From: an uncultured Chloroflexia bacterium
GTDB taxonomy: Bacteria; Chloroflexota; Limnocylindria; Limnocylindrales; CSP1-4
Length of the DNA stretch: 64,000 nt
Assembly (NCBI GenBank): GCA_963828165.1
Contig: CAWHDR010000001.1
Coordinates: forward strand, 1 to 64,000
Direction of reading: 5' to 3'
Part shown: positions 50,562 through 59,983 of the stretch, in pieces
Position numbering within the stretch: position 1 is the stretch's first letter
Layout of the letters: the number at the start of each line of letters is the position of its first letter
Program-made: the position numbers and the translations under genes
The notes under the pieces: model-generated
Told to the model about the DNA's origin: nothing
Database searches by the model: none
What the model saw: only the letters and a program-made list of their open reading frames with translations

Positions 50562-50873
50562 CTAGGCACCCAAGCGGCGAAAGGCGGACAGGAACCAGGC
50601 GCCAGCCCGATCGGCGGCGTGGCCGTCGACCACGCGCGGGGTCATGTCGACCCAGCCGCGACCGCGGGCCGATGCCCGCACGTCCGGCGTCCGTGCCGCG
50701 GCACCCGCGACAAGAGGATCCAGCAGGAACGAGGCGGTCGTCCCGTCCGCGGAGAGCGCAGCGAAGACCTGCTCCCCCCGCGACCAGGTGACGGAGCCGT
50801 CATCCGCCGTCGCGGCACGGGCGTCCAGGCCGTACTGCGCGGCCGCCGCATCGATGACCTCGCGCAGCGTCAC
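50562..50873 (-). CDS. Small hypothetical protein
   Basis: GTGA-coupled to the upstream gene; 'FAAL', 'RGWV', 'AWF..A.R' pattern of small alpha/beta proteins. Confidence 0.6.
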   Translation of the reverse strand: MTLREVIDAAAAQYGLDARAATADDGSVTWSRGEQVFAALSADGTTASFLLDPLVAGAAARTPDVRASARGRGWVDMTPRVVDGHAADRAGAWFLSAFRRLGA

Positions 50874-51355
50874 CCGGCTTCCGCCGCGCCGAGGATCGCG
50901 CGCAGGTCGTCGGCGTGTTCCTCGTAATGCTCGACGGTCTCGTCGCGGAACGACTCGAGGTTCTTGGCGTGCTTGAGCCAGCGCGTCTCGGGCACGACCG
51001 TCAGGTAGCCGCGCAGCTCACCCGGCTGGGTCGCGAACCGGTCGCGTAGCTCGGCCATGGGCACGGCCGCCCAGGTCGCCTCGATATCTGCATTGATGGC
51101 ATCGAGGCCTCGGGCCTCCCGATCCGCGCTCTCCTGGGCCAGGGCCGCGCTCGTCTCGTTGACCGCGAGCTCCTTGGCGGCCCGGAGAGCGATCTCCTGC
51201 CACGCCAGGAGGTGGGCCATCAGGTCGCGGCCGGACCAGCCGTGGGCTGCCTCCTGCGGCTGCGCCAGCTGCTCGTCCGACAGGCCGGCCAGCGCCTCAT
51301 ACGGTGCCCAGGCGTCGCGCTCTTCCTCGAGGAACTCCATCGCGTCGAGATACAT
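50870..51355 (-). CDS. DinB/ClbS-DfsB-like four-helix bundle protein
   Basis: GWSGRDLMAHLLAWQ and EHYEEH motifs. Confidence 0.8.
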   Translation of the reverse strand: MYLDAMEFLEEERDAWAPYEALAGLSDEQLAQPQEAAHGWSGRDLMAHLLAWQEIALRAAKELAVNETSAALAQESADREARGLDAINADIEATWAAVPMAELRDRFATQPGELRGYLTVVPETRWLKHAKNLESFRDETVEHYEEHADDLRAILGAAEAG

Positions 51356-51420
51356 ACGGCCCATGGTAGACGCCGCGGCCGACCGCTTGCGAGGACGGGC
51401 CGATGGTAGAGTCCCGACCG

Positions 51421-53586
51421 ATGGACGACCGGCGCGGCGACGACCAGCCAACCGAGTTCTCCGAGGGCGAGCCGACCGGCGCACGCGCGTCCGAACCGGC
51501 CCTGGACCCGCCATCGGAGCTCGCGGCCGACGCCGGAGCGCTCGACCTCCCGTTCGAGATCGCCCGGCGGACCGGGGTCCTGTTCGTGCACGGCATCGGG
51601 ACCCAGCCGCCGGCGGAGACGTTCCTCGACTGGTCGGCCCCGATCGTCGAGCTCCTGACCGACTGGCGCGCCGCCCGGGATGGAGCCCCGTCTGCCACGC
51701 CGGCCAGCGCGGACCGGATCGACGACCCCGTCTGGCGAGCCGAGTTCAGCCTGGCGGCGGCGTCGCCGCCCTACCTCGAGATCGTCGTCCCATCGCACGA
51801 GGGCATTCCCGAGACCACGTGGGTCGTGACCGAGGCGTGGTGGGCATCCGACCTGCGGGCGCCGAGCCTGGGTCGGGTCATCGACTACCTGCGGCGGCGG
51901 ATGCGGGTGGTCGTTTCGGGCATCGCGCAGGGGTATCGGTCGCGGGCTCCCCATCTACTTGGTCTCGCCACGGACCGGAAGGTCCTCGATGGGGAGCAGC
52001 CGCCCCTGCGCTGGCGGCTGATCGAGCAGTTGGACCACGTCCAATCACGCGCGTTCGGCGCCGAGCCGGTCGGCTGGCTGGTGGGCGGTTTGGGCGCCGT
52101 CGTCCTCGCGGGTTACGACCTGCTTCGACGCGTCCCCATCCCGGTCATCCGGGATTTTGCGGCTCGCCGGATGCTGGACAGCTTCCTCGTGGAGTGGTTC
52201 GGCGACCTGCCGGTCCTGCTCGACGAGCCGGTCCAGTCGGCCAACGTACGGGCCCGGGTCGCCCGCAGCATCGAGCTCATGCTCGAGGACGAATGCGATG
52301 CCATCGTGATCGTCGCCCACTCGGGCGGCGCCCTCGTGACCTTCGAGATGCTGCTCGATCCCGCGTACGGGCATCTCCGCGTCGACAAGCTCATCACCCT
52401 GGGCCAGGGCCTCGGCCTGGCGTGGCGTCTGGCGGCCGACCCCGACGTCCAGGAGATCACGCCCGGACACCGGCTGGTCGGCAACCTCGCCCGGGCACGA
52501 CCCGGTCTGCGCTGGGTGGACTTCTGGGCGTCGTACGATCCGGCCCCGGCCGGCCCACTGCCGGCGCGCAGTGGCCTCACGGCGTCGGCGGTCGAGGATC
52601 GGGCCGCAGGCGCGGGCGCGGGCGCCGTCGATCCGGCGGCAACCCCCGTCGATCCGGCGGCACCCGCCGGCGATCCGGCCCCACCGGTCGTGGATCCGGC
52701 GGTGGCGGCGGTCGTGCAGACCGCCGACGCGGGCGCGCCATGGCTCCTGCGGGCGAACGTCGGAACTTCCGGGCAGACGATGGCCGGGCTGGCGAGCGAC
52801 GCAGATCTGGACCCAGCGGCCCCGACGATCGTCGTCGAGAGCCGCCCGATCACGAACGAGATGAACGTCCTTACCGATCACGGCGGCTATTGGGCAAACC
52901 CGGAGGGCTTCCTGGTCCCGCTCGTCCGGCACCTTGATGCGGCCCTGGGCGACGCCTCGGCATCCCGGTTCTTCCGCAACGAGGCCGACCGGACCCGTCG
53001 CGTCCTGTGGCGTCGGGAACGGGTCGCCGCCCTGGCGTCGTGGGGCTGGCTTTGCGCATTCGGGGCGATCGTCACGGCAGCGATCCTCGCCGCACTGCAG
53101 GCGGGCGGCGACCAGCGGCTGACGCGCGCCGGCGACGGCATCGCGGCGGTCTGGGGCGCGTTGCCGGGTCACGAGCTCGTCACCGTGCCGATCGAGGCCG
53201 CCGCGTCGGTCGGCGGGGCCCTCCTCTCGACCATCGGGCTCGAGGCCTTCGCTGAGGGACTGGCGAGCCTGGGGCCGCCGATTCTCGGCCTCGCCCTGGA
53301 CTTTGCCCTATTCTTCTTGCTGGTCAAGGTCGGCCTGGGTCGATGGCATGACTGGGACCGCCGCGAACGGCGGGCGATGCACCGGGAGACACCCGTTCTC
53401 CCCGATCGGTCGCGAGCCGCCGGCGAGGCGTTCCTGTTGGTCGCGGGCGCCGTCGGTCTGATCCTGGCGACGTTCGGTGCCGGCGGAGCGTCCGCCATCG
53501 TGATCGCCTTGGGAGCCGCCGCAGGCCTGCTGATCTGGGCCATCCGACCATTCCAGCCACGGCCGGCGGAGGCGGAGCCGGCCTAG
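51421..53586 (+). CDS. Membrane-anchored alpha/beta hydrolase-like protein
   Basis: FVHGIG, VAHSGG, LITLG, DHGGYW; C-terminal TM helices. Confidence 0.7.
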   Translation: MDDRRGDDQPTEFSEGEPTGARASEPALDPPSELAADAGALDLPFEIARRTGVLFVHGIGTQPPAETFLDWSAPIVELLTDWRAARDGAPSATPASADRIDDPVWRAEFSLAAASPPYLEIVVPSHEGIPETTWVVTEAWWASDLRAPSLGRVIDYLRRRMRVVVSGIAQGYRSRAPHLLGLATDRKVLDGEQPPLRWRLIEQLDHVQSRAFGAEPVGWLVGGLGAVVLAGYDLLRRVPIPVIRDFAARRMLDSFLVEWFGDLPVLLDEPVQSANVRARVARSIELMLEDECDAIVIVAHSGGALVTFEMLLDPAYGHLRVDKLITLGQGLGLAWRLAADPDVQEITPGHRLVGNLARARPGLRWVDFWASYDPAPAGPLPARSGLTASAVEDRAAGAGAGAVDPAATPVDPAAPAGDPAPPVVDPAVAAVVQTADAGAPWLLRANVGTSGQTMAGLASDADLDPAAPTIVVESRPITNEMNVLTDHGGYWANPEGFLVPLVRHLDAALGDASASRFFRNEADRTRRVLWRRERVAALASWGWLCAFGAIVTAAILAALQAGGDQRLTRAGDGIAAVWGALPGHELVTVPIEAAASVGGALLSTIGLEAFAEGLASLGPPILGLALDFALFFLLVKVGLGRWHDWDRRERRAMHRETPVLPDRSRAAGEAFLLVAGAVGLILATFGAGGASAIVIALGAAAGLLIWAIRPFQPRPAEAEPA

Positions 53587-53598
53587 TCCGCGGGAGCT

Positions 53599-55296
53599 TC
53601 AGACCGCGACCGGCTCCCGGTACTCCCCGAAGACGCCGCGCAGCACGGCGCATTGCTCACCGAGCGTCGCGTATGCCTCGGCGCAGCGGATGAAGTGCGG
53701 CATGAGATTGGTCTCGCTGGTCCCAGGGCGGGACGCCGCCTCGCGGAGGCCCTGGAGGGCGACTGCCACCGCCGTCGCGTCCCGCTCGCGGCGGGTCCGC
53801 TCGAGACGGGCCAGGTGCCGCTCCAGCGAGCCCGGTGGCACGGCGAGCACCGGGACGCGCGTCTCCTCGTCCGCGTTGACATGCGCGTTGACCCCCACGA
53901 CCCGCCGCTCCCCCGCGTCGAACTCGCGCTGGTACCGGTAGGCGGCATCGGCGATCTCGCGCTGCGGGTAGCCCTCCTTCACGGCGGCGACCATGCCCCC
54001 GCGCCGGTCGATCTCATCGAGGTATCGCCAGACCTGGCGCTCGGTCTCGTCAGTCAGGGCTTCGACGAACCAGGAGCCGCCGAGCGGATCGACCGTGGCG
54101 TCCACCCCACTCTCCTCGGCGATGATCTGCTGCTGGCGGAGCGCGAGCAGGGCCGCTTCGGCCGTGGGCACCGCGAGCGCCTCGTCGTAGGCGTCGGTAT
54201 GGAGCGACTGGGTGCCACCAAGCACACCCGCCAGCGCTTGCAGGGCGACCCGGGTCAGGTTGTTCAGCGGCTGCTGCGGCGTGAGCGACACCCCGGCGGT
54301 CTGCGTGTGGAACCGCATCCAGGCGCTGCGCTCGTTCTCGGCGTGATAGCGCCCGGTCATGAGGTCGTGCCAGATACGGCGGCTTGCTCGGAACTTCGCG
54401 ATCTCCTCGAAGAAATCCGAATGCGAGTTGAAGAAGAACGACAGCCGCGGGGCGAAGTCGTCGATCCGCAGCCCGCGCTCCAGGGCGGCCTCGACGTAAG
54501 CCATCCCGTCGGCGATCGTGAACGCCAGCTCCTGGACCGCCGTGGAGCCCGCTTCGCGGATGTGATAGCCCGAGATCGAGATCGTGTTCCAGCGCGGCAT
54601 CTCGCGCGTCCCGAACTCGATCGTGTCGGTCACGAGACGCATCGACGGCTCTGGCGGGAACAGGAACTCCTTCTGGGCGATGAACTCCTTGAGGATGTCG
54701 TTCTGGGTCGTTCCTTCGAGTCGATCGCGTGGCACGCCGGCCTTCTCGGCGGCGACGATGTACATCGCCCAGATCGGCGCGGCCGGGGAGTTGATCGTCA
54801 TCGACGTGGACACGCGTTCGAGCGGCAGGCCGTCGAGCAGGACTTCCATATCCGCCAGCGAGCTCACGGCGACGCCGCACGTCCCGAACTCGCCCTCCGC
54901 TTCGGCGTCGTCGGTGTCGTAGCCGTAGAGCGTCGGCATGTCGTACGCGATCGACAGGCCGGTCTGGCCGGCCGACAGCAGCCCCTGGAAGCGGGCGTTC
55001 GTGTCCTCGGCCGCTCCGAACCCGGCGAACATCCGCATCGTCCACAGACGACTTCGATAGCCGGTCGGATGGATGCCGCGGGTGAACGGCGGATCGCCCG
55101 GCAGGCCGATGCGGGCCTCGGCGTCCTCGGCCAGCGACCACGGGCCGTACAACCCCTCGATGGGCATGTCGCTGATCGTCGAGAAGCGCGCCTTGCGCTC
55201 GGGTGCGCGGCCGAGGGCCGGATCACGGCGCTGGGCTTCCCAGGTGGCGCGGCGGGACGCGACGTCGGACGGCTTCGACGTCGACCGATCGGTCAT
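53599..55296 (-). CDS. Acyl-CoA mutase large (substrate-binding) subunit, MCM family; residues suggest isobutyryl-CoA mutase IcmA
   Basis: [53 protein letters not shown]; no B12 domain. Confidence 0.92.
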   Translation of the reverse strand: MTDRSTSKPSDVASRRATWEAQRRDPALGRAPERKARFSTISDMPIEGLYGPWSLAEDAEARIGLPGDPPFTRGIHPTGYRSRLWTMRMFAGFGAAEDTNARFQGLLSAGQTGLSIAYDMPTLYGYDTDDAEAEGEFGTCGVAVSSLADMEVLLDGLPLERVSTSMTINSPAAPIWAMYIVAAEKAGVPRDRLEGTTQNDILKEFIAQKEFLFPPEPSMRLVTDTIEFGTREMPRWNTISISGYHIREAGSTAVQELAFTIADGMAYVEAALERGLRIDDFAPRLSFFFNSHSDFFEEIAKFRASRRIWHDLMTGRYHAENERSAWMRFHTQTAGVSLTPQQPLNNLTRVALQALAGVLGGTQSLHTDAYDEALAVPTAEAALLALRQQQIIAEESGVDATVDPLGGSWFVEALTDETERQVWRYLDEIDRRGGMVAAVKEGYPQREIADAAYRYQREFDAGERRVVGVNAHVNADEETRVPVLAVPPGSLERHLARLERTRRERDATAVAVALQGLREAASRPGTSETNLMPHFIRCAEAYATLGEQCAVLRGVFGEYREPVAV

Positions 55297-55357
55297 GGCG
55301 CCGACTCTAGCACCGGCCGGCCCCCGTCACGGCCGACGCCATCGCCGCCCACGGGCT

Positions 55358-55945
55358 TCACGGCTCGTCGAACGCCTCGACCGCGGCCTCGATCTTCGGG
55401 TCCGGCAGGTCGTTGGTGATGACGACATTGACGACATCGGCCTCGGCCGCCGGCCACACGACCACGGTCTGCTGGCGGGGGCCGGTCTCGGTGTCGATGC
55501 GATGGACCTCGCGACCGGCCAGCGTCGGCTCGCTCTCGCCGGTCACGAGGGTGCGGTTGGCCGTGCGCGCGCTGGCCGCGTAGAAGTCGGCCATCGCGTC
55601 GGCGGTCAGGCCCGGGCCGCTGAACACGGCGAGCGCCGCGGCCCGGATCCCGCCGAAAGCCCAGGTGCCGCCGGCGAAGCGCACCTCGTCGATGCCGGCC
55701 CCACGCAGCGTGCCCAGACTCTCGGCCGTGCAATGCCGCCCGGAATCGAGGGTTTCGGGCGGCGCGTCCTCGTAGCTGGATGGCACCATCGCCTCGAGCT
55801 CCGGGTACGCGCCGGGGGCGGATCCGTCCCCCGCGCAGGGGCCGCTCGGGTCGAACGAGGCTGCCTGCGGCGCGCCGCAGGCAGCGACGAGGAGGGCGAC
55901 AAGGAACGTGACCAGGAGTCGTGGGGTGGCGAGGGGTCGTGACAC
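55358..55945 (-). CDS. Lipoprotein of unknown function
   Basis: Lipobox LVAAC after a hydrophobic signal. Confidence 0.75.
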   Translation of the reverse strand: MSRPLATPRLLVTFLVALLVAACGAPQAASFDPSGPCAGDGSAPGAYPELEAMVPSSYEDAPPETLDSGRHCTAESLGTLRGAGIDEVRFAGGTWAFGGIRAAALAVFSGPGLTADAMADFYAASARTANRTLVTGESEPTLAGREVHRIDTETGPRQQTVVVWPAAEADVVNVVITNDLPDPKIEAAVEAFDEP

Positions 55946-56106
55946 GGTCCTAGCCTACGGGAGACCGCCCCAAGGCCTCCAGATCCGCGCTCGCCCTGAA
56001 CGAAAGGCACCGGGTCGGTGCATCCCGGCACCTGGTACGGGCGTCCCACTGGCGGTGCGTCGCTGCGCCCGACCATCGCCGTCCGCCTTTGGGCCTGTAA
56101 GTGCCA

Positions 56107-56136
56107 TTGCCCCGTCTACGGAAATCGACGTAGTCT
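56107..56136 (+). promoter_or_regulatory. Candidate sigma70 promoter TTGCCC-N18-TAGTCT
   Basis: Direct reading; the -10 has the same TANNNT form as other promoters in this window. Confidence 0.45.
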
Positions 56137-56143
56137 TCCACTT

Positions 56144-56370
56144 AAGCCGACCCGCGATCGAACCGGGAACAGCACCTGGGGCGTCGCGCCACGGATCGGG
56201 AAACGGACGCTTTCTCGAGGAGGTTCGAGGGAGGGATCCCGGGTCCCGGTCACGAGCCGAGTAACCGATCTTCGGCCATCAGGCCCGTAAGGTCGCAGGG
56301 ACGGCAGCACTTATCGCCACGGCGCAGTCCATGCATCGATCGCCCTCCGATATCGGGGGGCGATCTTCAT
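56144..56370 (+). ncRNA. Candidate stand-alone structured RNA (family not recognised)
   Basis: Promoter-like upstream, nested stems GACCCG/CGGGUC, GAUC/GAUC, UCGAACC/GGUUCGA, GCGUC/GACGC, 3' hairpin; no credible ORF. Confidence 0.4.
56338..56370. terminator. Hairpin terminator between the candidate RNA and the J-domain gene
   Basis: GATCGCCCTCCG-ATAT-CGGGGGGCGATC followed by TTCATGTT on the plus strand. Confidence 0.6.
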
Positions 56371-56372
56371 GT

Positions 56373-57128
56373 TCAGGCCGTGCGACCCGGGCGGACCGGC
56401 ACCGGGTGCGACCTGCGCGAGACGCCACGGGCGTCGAGGTCCGCCTGGACGACCCGGGCTGCGGCGACGAGATCGGGGTCGCGCGTGACGGTGCCCGCGA
56501 CCCAATCGATGTACGAGGGCTCGAAGGCGGCGATCTGACCCAGCGTGTGCCCGTGGAACTTCCCGAACTCCATCAGGTGCTCGCGAGCCACGTCGAGCTT
56601 TGGCGGCTTCGGCCGCCGGAAGTCACGGAGCCGGCCCCGCTCGAGCGGGCCGGTCGGCGTGGATGCGCGCGGTGGCTCGGAATGGACGCGCTCACCGCGC
56701 AGGGGCGGCTGGGCGGTGGCTCCCGTGGCGCGGCGTTCCGATGCGGCGGCCCCGGCACCGGTCCCGGCGCCGTCGTGCCGGGTGGCCTGGTTGCGCTGTC
56801 GGAACGTGCCGGTCATGTCCAGGTGACGCGTCACGGGCCGCGTCGGACGCGGCCGTGGCGGTCCTCCGCGCCGCGGTGCCGGTGCGTCCTCGAAGTCGGC
56901 GCGCTCGCCGTCCCGTGCCCGGCGGTCCGCCGCCGCCTCGCGGGTCAGCGCCGTGTAGGCGTCGTTGATCTCGGCCATCCGCCGCGTCGCGGCCTGCACG
57001 GCCGTCGGGTCGTCCCCGGTCAGGTCCGGATGGTTCGATCTGGCCAGCCGTCGCCAGGCCGCCTTGATCTGGGCCGGGGCGGCGCCTCGCTCGACCCCCA
57101 GGACCACGTGCGGATCGCGTTTCGCCAC
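56373..57128 (-). CDS. DnaJ (J-domain) protein with C-terminal FGK/DUF3820-like domain
   Basis: DPHVVLG...IKAAWRRLA..NHPD...INDAY; C-terminal MEFGKFHGHTLGQIAAFEPSYIDW. Confidence 0.85.
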   Translation of the reverse strand: MAKRDPHVVLGVERGAAPAQIKAAWRRLARSNHPDLTGDDPTAVQAATRRMAEINDAYTALTREAAADRRARDGERADFEDAPAPRRGGPPRPRPTRPVTRHLDMTGTFRQRNQATRHDGAGTGAGAAASERRATGATAQPPLRGERVHSEPPRASTPTGPLERGRLRDFRRPKPPKLDVAREHLMEFGKFHGHTLGQIAAFEPSYIDWVAGTVTRDPDLVAAARVVQADLDARGVSRRSHPVPVRPGRTA

Positions 57129-57202
57129 GCCGGTCAGTGTACTGGCCGCCGCCCGCGTGCCCCCGCTTGACAGGCCGGCGCTCGGTGCCGTCCCCTTGTG
57201 CC

Positions 57203-58339
57203 ATGGGATTCGTCCGTCGAGCCGGACTCGCGGCGGCCATCGCCGCGGCACCGCTCGGCTTGGCCTACCGCTTCGCGCTGGCCTACCGCGCCCGAGCCGG
57301 GTACCCGCGCCAGCACCCACCCCAGATCAGCCCGGCGGACCTCGGGATGCCGTTCGAGGCGACCACGGTCCACTCCGGCGACGTGGATCTGCCGGCCTGG
57401 TTCATCCCGGCCAGCGGCGGGCAACCGGGTCCGGGCGTGGCGCTCATCCACGGCTGGGAGTCGGCACGCGACCGCACGCTGCCGAACGCGCTGTTCCTCC
57501 ACGCCGCGGGATTCCATTGCCTGGCCATCGACGTCCGTGGACATGGCGCCAATCCCGCCGAGGCCCTGCCACTGAGCGCGGGCGAATTCGGGCTCGATGC
57601 GACCGCGGCGTTCGACGCGCTCGTGGCCCGCCCGGAGGTGACGGTCGGAGCGGTGATGGGGCACTCGATGGGTGCGATCGGCGCCATCCTTGCGGGCGCT
57701 GCAGATCCGCAGGTGGCGGCAGTGGTCGCCACGTCGGGGCCCGCCGATCCGTACCGGCTCACGCGCCAGACGTTCCATCTTGCCCACCTTCCGATACCGG
57801 ATTTCATCGCCTACCCCCTGGCCTGGCTCACGACGCGGGTCTACCTGTCGCCGCGTGGCCACACGGTCGGTGAGATCAGCGCGACCAAGGCGATCGCCCG
57901 GTACCGCGGTCCGATCCTGCTCGCCCATGGGGACGCGGACCAGGTCGTGCCATTCGGTCACATGGGCCGCCTCGCCGGGGCAGCACGCTCCAGTCGCGAC
58001 ACCGGAGATGCGCCCGTGGAGACCCTGGCGATCGTCGGCGGCCAGCACTCGTGGCTGTACGAGGAACCGGCCTATCGCGCGGCGGTGGCGCGGTTCCTCA
58101 CGACGGCGCTCGGCGGCCCACTGGATCCCGACGAGGCGGCGAGGTTGGCGGCCGCGACCCAAGCCGAGCGGATCCCGGACGGCGAGGCAGCCTTCGCAGC
58201 CGTTGCGGCGACGCCGGGCGGCTTCCGGACCCTGGCCCAGGTCGCCATGCCGGGCGCCACGCGGATACCTACGCCGGACGTCGCCAGGGATCGGGAACCT
58301 GGCGTCCCACCGGCCGCCGAGGAGCCAGGGCTCGGGTGA
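57203..58339 (+). CDS. Alpha/beta hydrolase
   Basis: IHGW, DVRGHG, GHSMG, HGDADQVV, GGQHS. Confidence 0.9.
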   Translation: MGFVRRAGLAAAIAAAPLGLAYRFALAYRARAGYPRQHPPQISPADLGMPFEATTVHSGDVDLPAWFIPASGGQPGPGVALIHGWESARDRTLPNALFLHAAGFHCLAIDVRGHGANPAEALPLSAGEFGLDATAAFDALVARPEVTVGAVMGHSMGAIGAILAGAADPQVAAVVATSGPADPYRLTRQTFHLAHLPIPDFIAYPLAWLTTRVYLSPRGHTVGEISATKAIARYRGPILLAHGDADQVVPFGHMGRLAGAARSSRDTGDAPVETLAIVGGQHSWLYEEPAYRAAVARFLTTALGGPLDPDEAARLAAATQAERIPDGEAAFAAVAATPGGFRTLAQVAMPGATRIPTPDVARDREPGVPPAAEEPGLG

Positions 58340-58872
58340 GCGACCCGCACGACGCCGTCTGGGACGCGGTCCGGTCGCGGCGTGTGATCCGCCGGTTCAC
58401 CGATCGCCAGCTCGAGCCCGCTCACCTCGAGCGCATCCTGCATGCCGGCCGACGAGCGAACAGCTCCAAGAACCGGCAGCGCTGGGCGTTCATCGTCTGC
58501 CAGGATCGCGCGCACCTTGGGGAGCTGGCCGCGGTCGGACCGTTTGCGGGACACCTGGCCGGCGCGGCCACCGGGATCGCGCTCGTGACCCCGGATCCGC
58601 GCACCACGGAGGCTCCGCTCTCGGTCATGTTCGATCTCGGACAGGCCGCTGACTCGATGATGCTCGTCGCCTGGGAGCTCGGGATCGGGAGCGTTCCGGC
58701 CACGGTCTACGAGCACGATCTGGCGCAGCGCCTCCTGGGCTATCCCGACGGCTACCACTGCGAGTTCCTGCTGTCGTTCGGCTACCCGGCGGACTTGGCG
58801 GACCTCCAGCGTCCGCCCAAGTCCGGCGGGCGCCGACCGCTCGACGACCTGGTCCACCGGGAGCGCTGGTAG
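58336..58872 (+). CDS. Nitroreductase family protein
   Basis: RSRRVIRRF, SSKNRQRWAF, DLGQA..MMLVAWELGIGS, SFGYP. Confidence 0.9.
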   Translation: MSDPHDAVWDAVRSRRVIRRFTDRQLEPAHLERILHAGRRANSSKNRQRWAFIVCQDRAHLGELAAVGPFAGHLAGAATGIALVTPDPRTTEAPLSVMFDLGQAADSMMLVAWELGIGSVPATVYEHDLAQRLLGYPDGYHCEFLLSFGYPADLADLQRPPKSGGRRPLDDLVHRERW

Positions 58873-58882
58873 TCCGGGCGCG

Positions 58883-59977
58883 CTACTGCCAGCGGAACTT
58901 CGCCGCCGCGATCCCGAAGCACACGACCAACCAGCCCAGGAGCACCGCGGCGCATACCCACAGCGGGGCGAAGGCGGCCCCGCCCACCATCACCTGGCGA
59001 AGCGCGTCCGAGAGGTACGTGAGCGGGATGACCCGGGCGATGCCCTGGAGCACGTCCGGCATCTCGTTGATCGGGAAGAACGTTCCCGACAGGAACATCA
59101 TCGGGAACTGGATGACGCTGGTCATGCCGTTGGCGGCATCCTCGGTCGCCGCGAAGGACGCCACGACGTACCCGAGCGCGAGGAAGGCCAGGGCCCCAAG
59201 GATCACGAACGCGGCAACCGCCGCGATCGACCCGGTCACCTCGACCCCGAAGACGACGACGCCGACCGCCACGATGATCACGGCCTGGACCATCGCGATG
59301 AGCAGTCGCATCAGGACGTTGGACCCGACGAGCTGCCAGCGCCGCAGCGGCGTGGCGGCGAGACGCTTGAGGATGAGCTTCTCGCGGTCGGCCACGAGCG
59401 GGATGGCGGCGAAGATCCCGACCTGCATGACGGATAACCCGAGCATGCTCGGCACGAAATAGCTGATGAAGTTGAGGTTCTCGGTCTGGATGGTCTGCGG
59501 GTCGGGGACCACGAGCGGCGGCCGGCCGCCCAGGTTGACGACACCCAGCACGGCGCCGACCGCCTGGTAGACCGAGCCCGCGAGGTTCGCCCGGGAGGGG
59601 TCGGTGAACACGGTCAGCGAGGCAGGGGCGGCCGCCGATCCGGCGGTTCCGGCCGTGATGGCGTCGCCGTATCCATCGGGAACGACGATCACCGCATCGA
59701 CCTGGCCGTCCTGCATCTTCGCGAGCGCGTCGGCCTCGGTCGCCTCCTCCAGCTCGTTCGTGCCGGAGGCGGTGAACGCCGTTTTCAACTGCGCCGATTC
59801 CGGTGAACCGTCGTTATCGACCCAGCCAAGGGTCAGCCCTCCCCCACCGCCGCCCTGGAAGATGAACCCGAACATGAAGATGAAGATCAGCGGAAAGGCC
59901 AGCGTCCAGAACAAGGCCGCCCGATCCCGTACGTAGCTCTTGATGTTGGCAACGGTGAGTGCGAGGAGGGCGTTCAT
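58883..59977 (-). CDS. ABC-2 transporter permease
   Basis: RDRAALFW, DREKLILKRLAATP, FLSGTFFP, PLTY. Confidence 0.9.
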   Translation of the reverse strand: MNALLALTVANIKSYVRDRAALFWTLAFPLIFIFMFGFIFQGGGGGGLTLGWVDNDGSPESAQLKTAFTASGTNELEEATEADALAKMQDGQVDAVIVVPDGYGDAITAGTAGSAAAPASLTVFTDPSRANLAGSVYQAVGAVLGVVNLGGRPPLVVPDPQTIQTENLNFISYFVPSMLGLSVMQVGIFAAIPLVADREKLILKRLAATPLRRWQLVGSNVLMRLLIAMVQAVIIVAVGVVVFGVEVTGSIAAVAAFVILGALAFLALGYVVASFAATEDAANGMTSVIQFPMMFLSGTFFPINEMPDVLQGIARVIPLTYLSDALRQVMVGGAAFAPLWVCAAVLLGWLVVCFGIAAAKFRWQ

Positions 59978-59983
59978 CGGGCG

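Noticed and set aside
55950-56370. Cobalamin riboswitch for the downstream mutase, or SRP RNA (CAGGCCCGUAAGGUCGCAG resembles helix 8)
   Set aside because: No B12-box or GCCACUG pattern on the sense strand; the SRP-like loop has mismatches and lacks the long flanking stem
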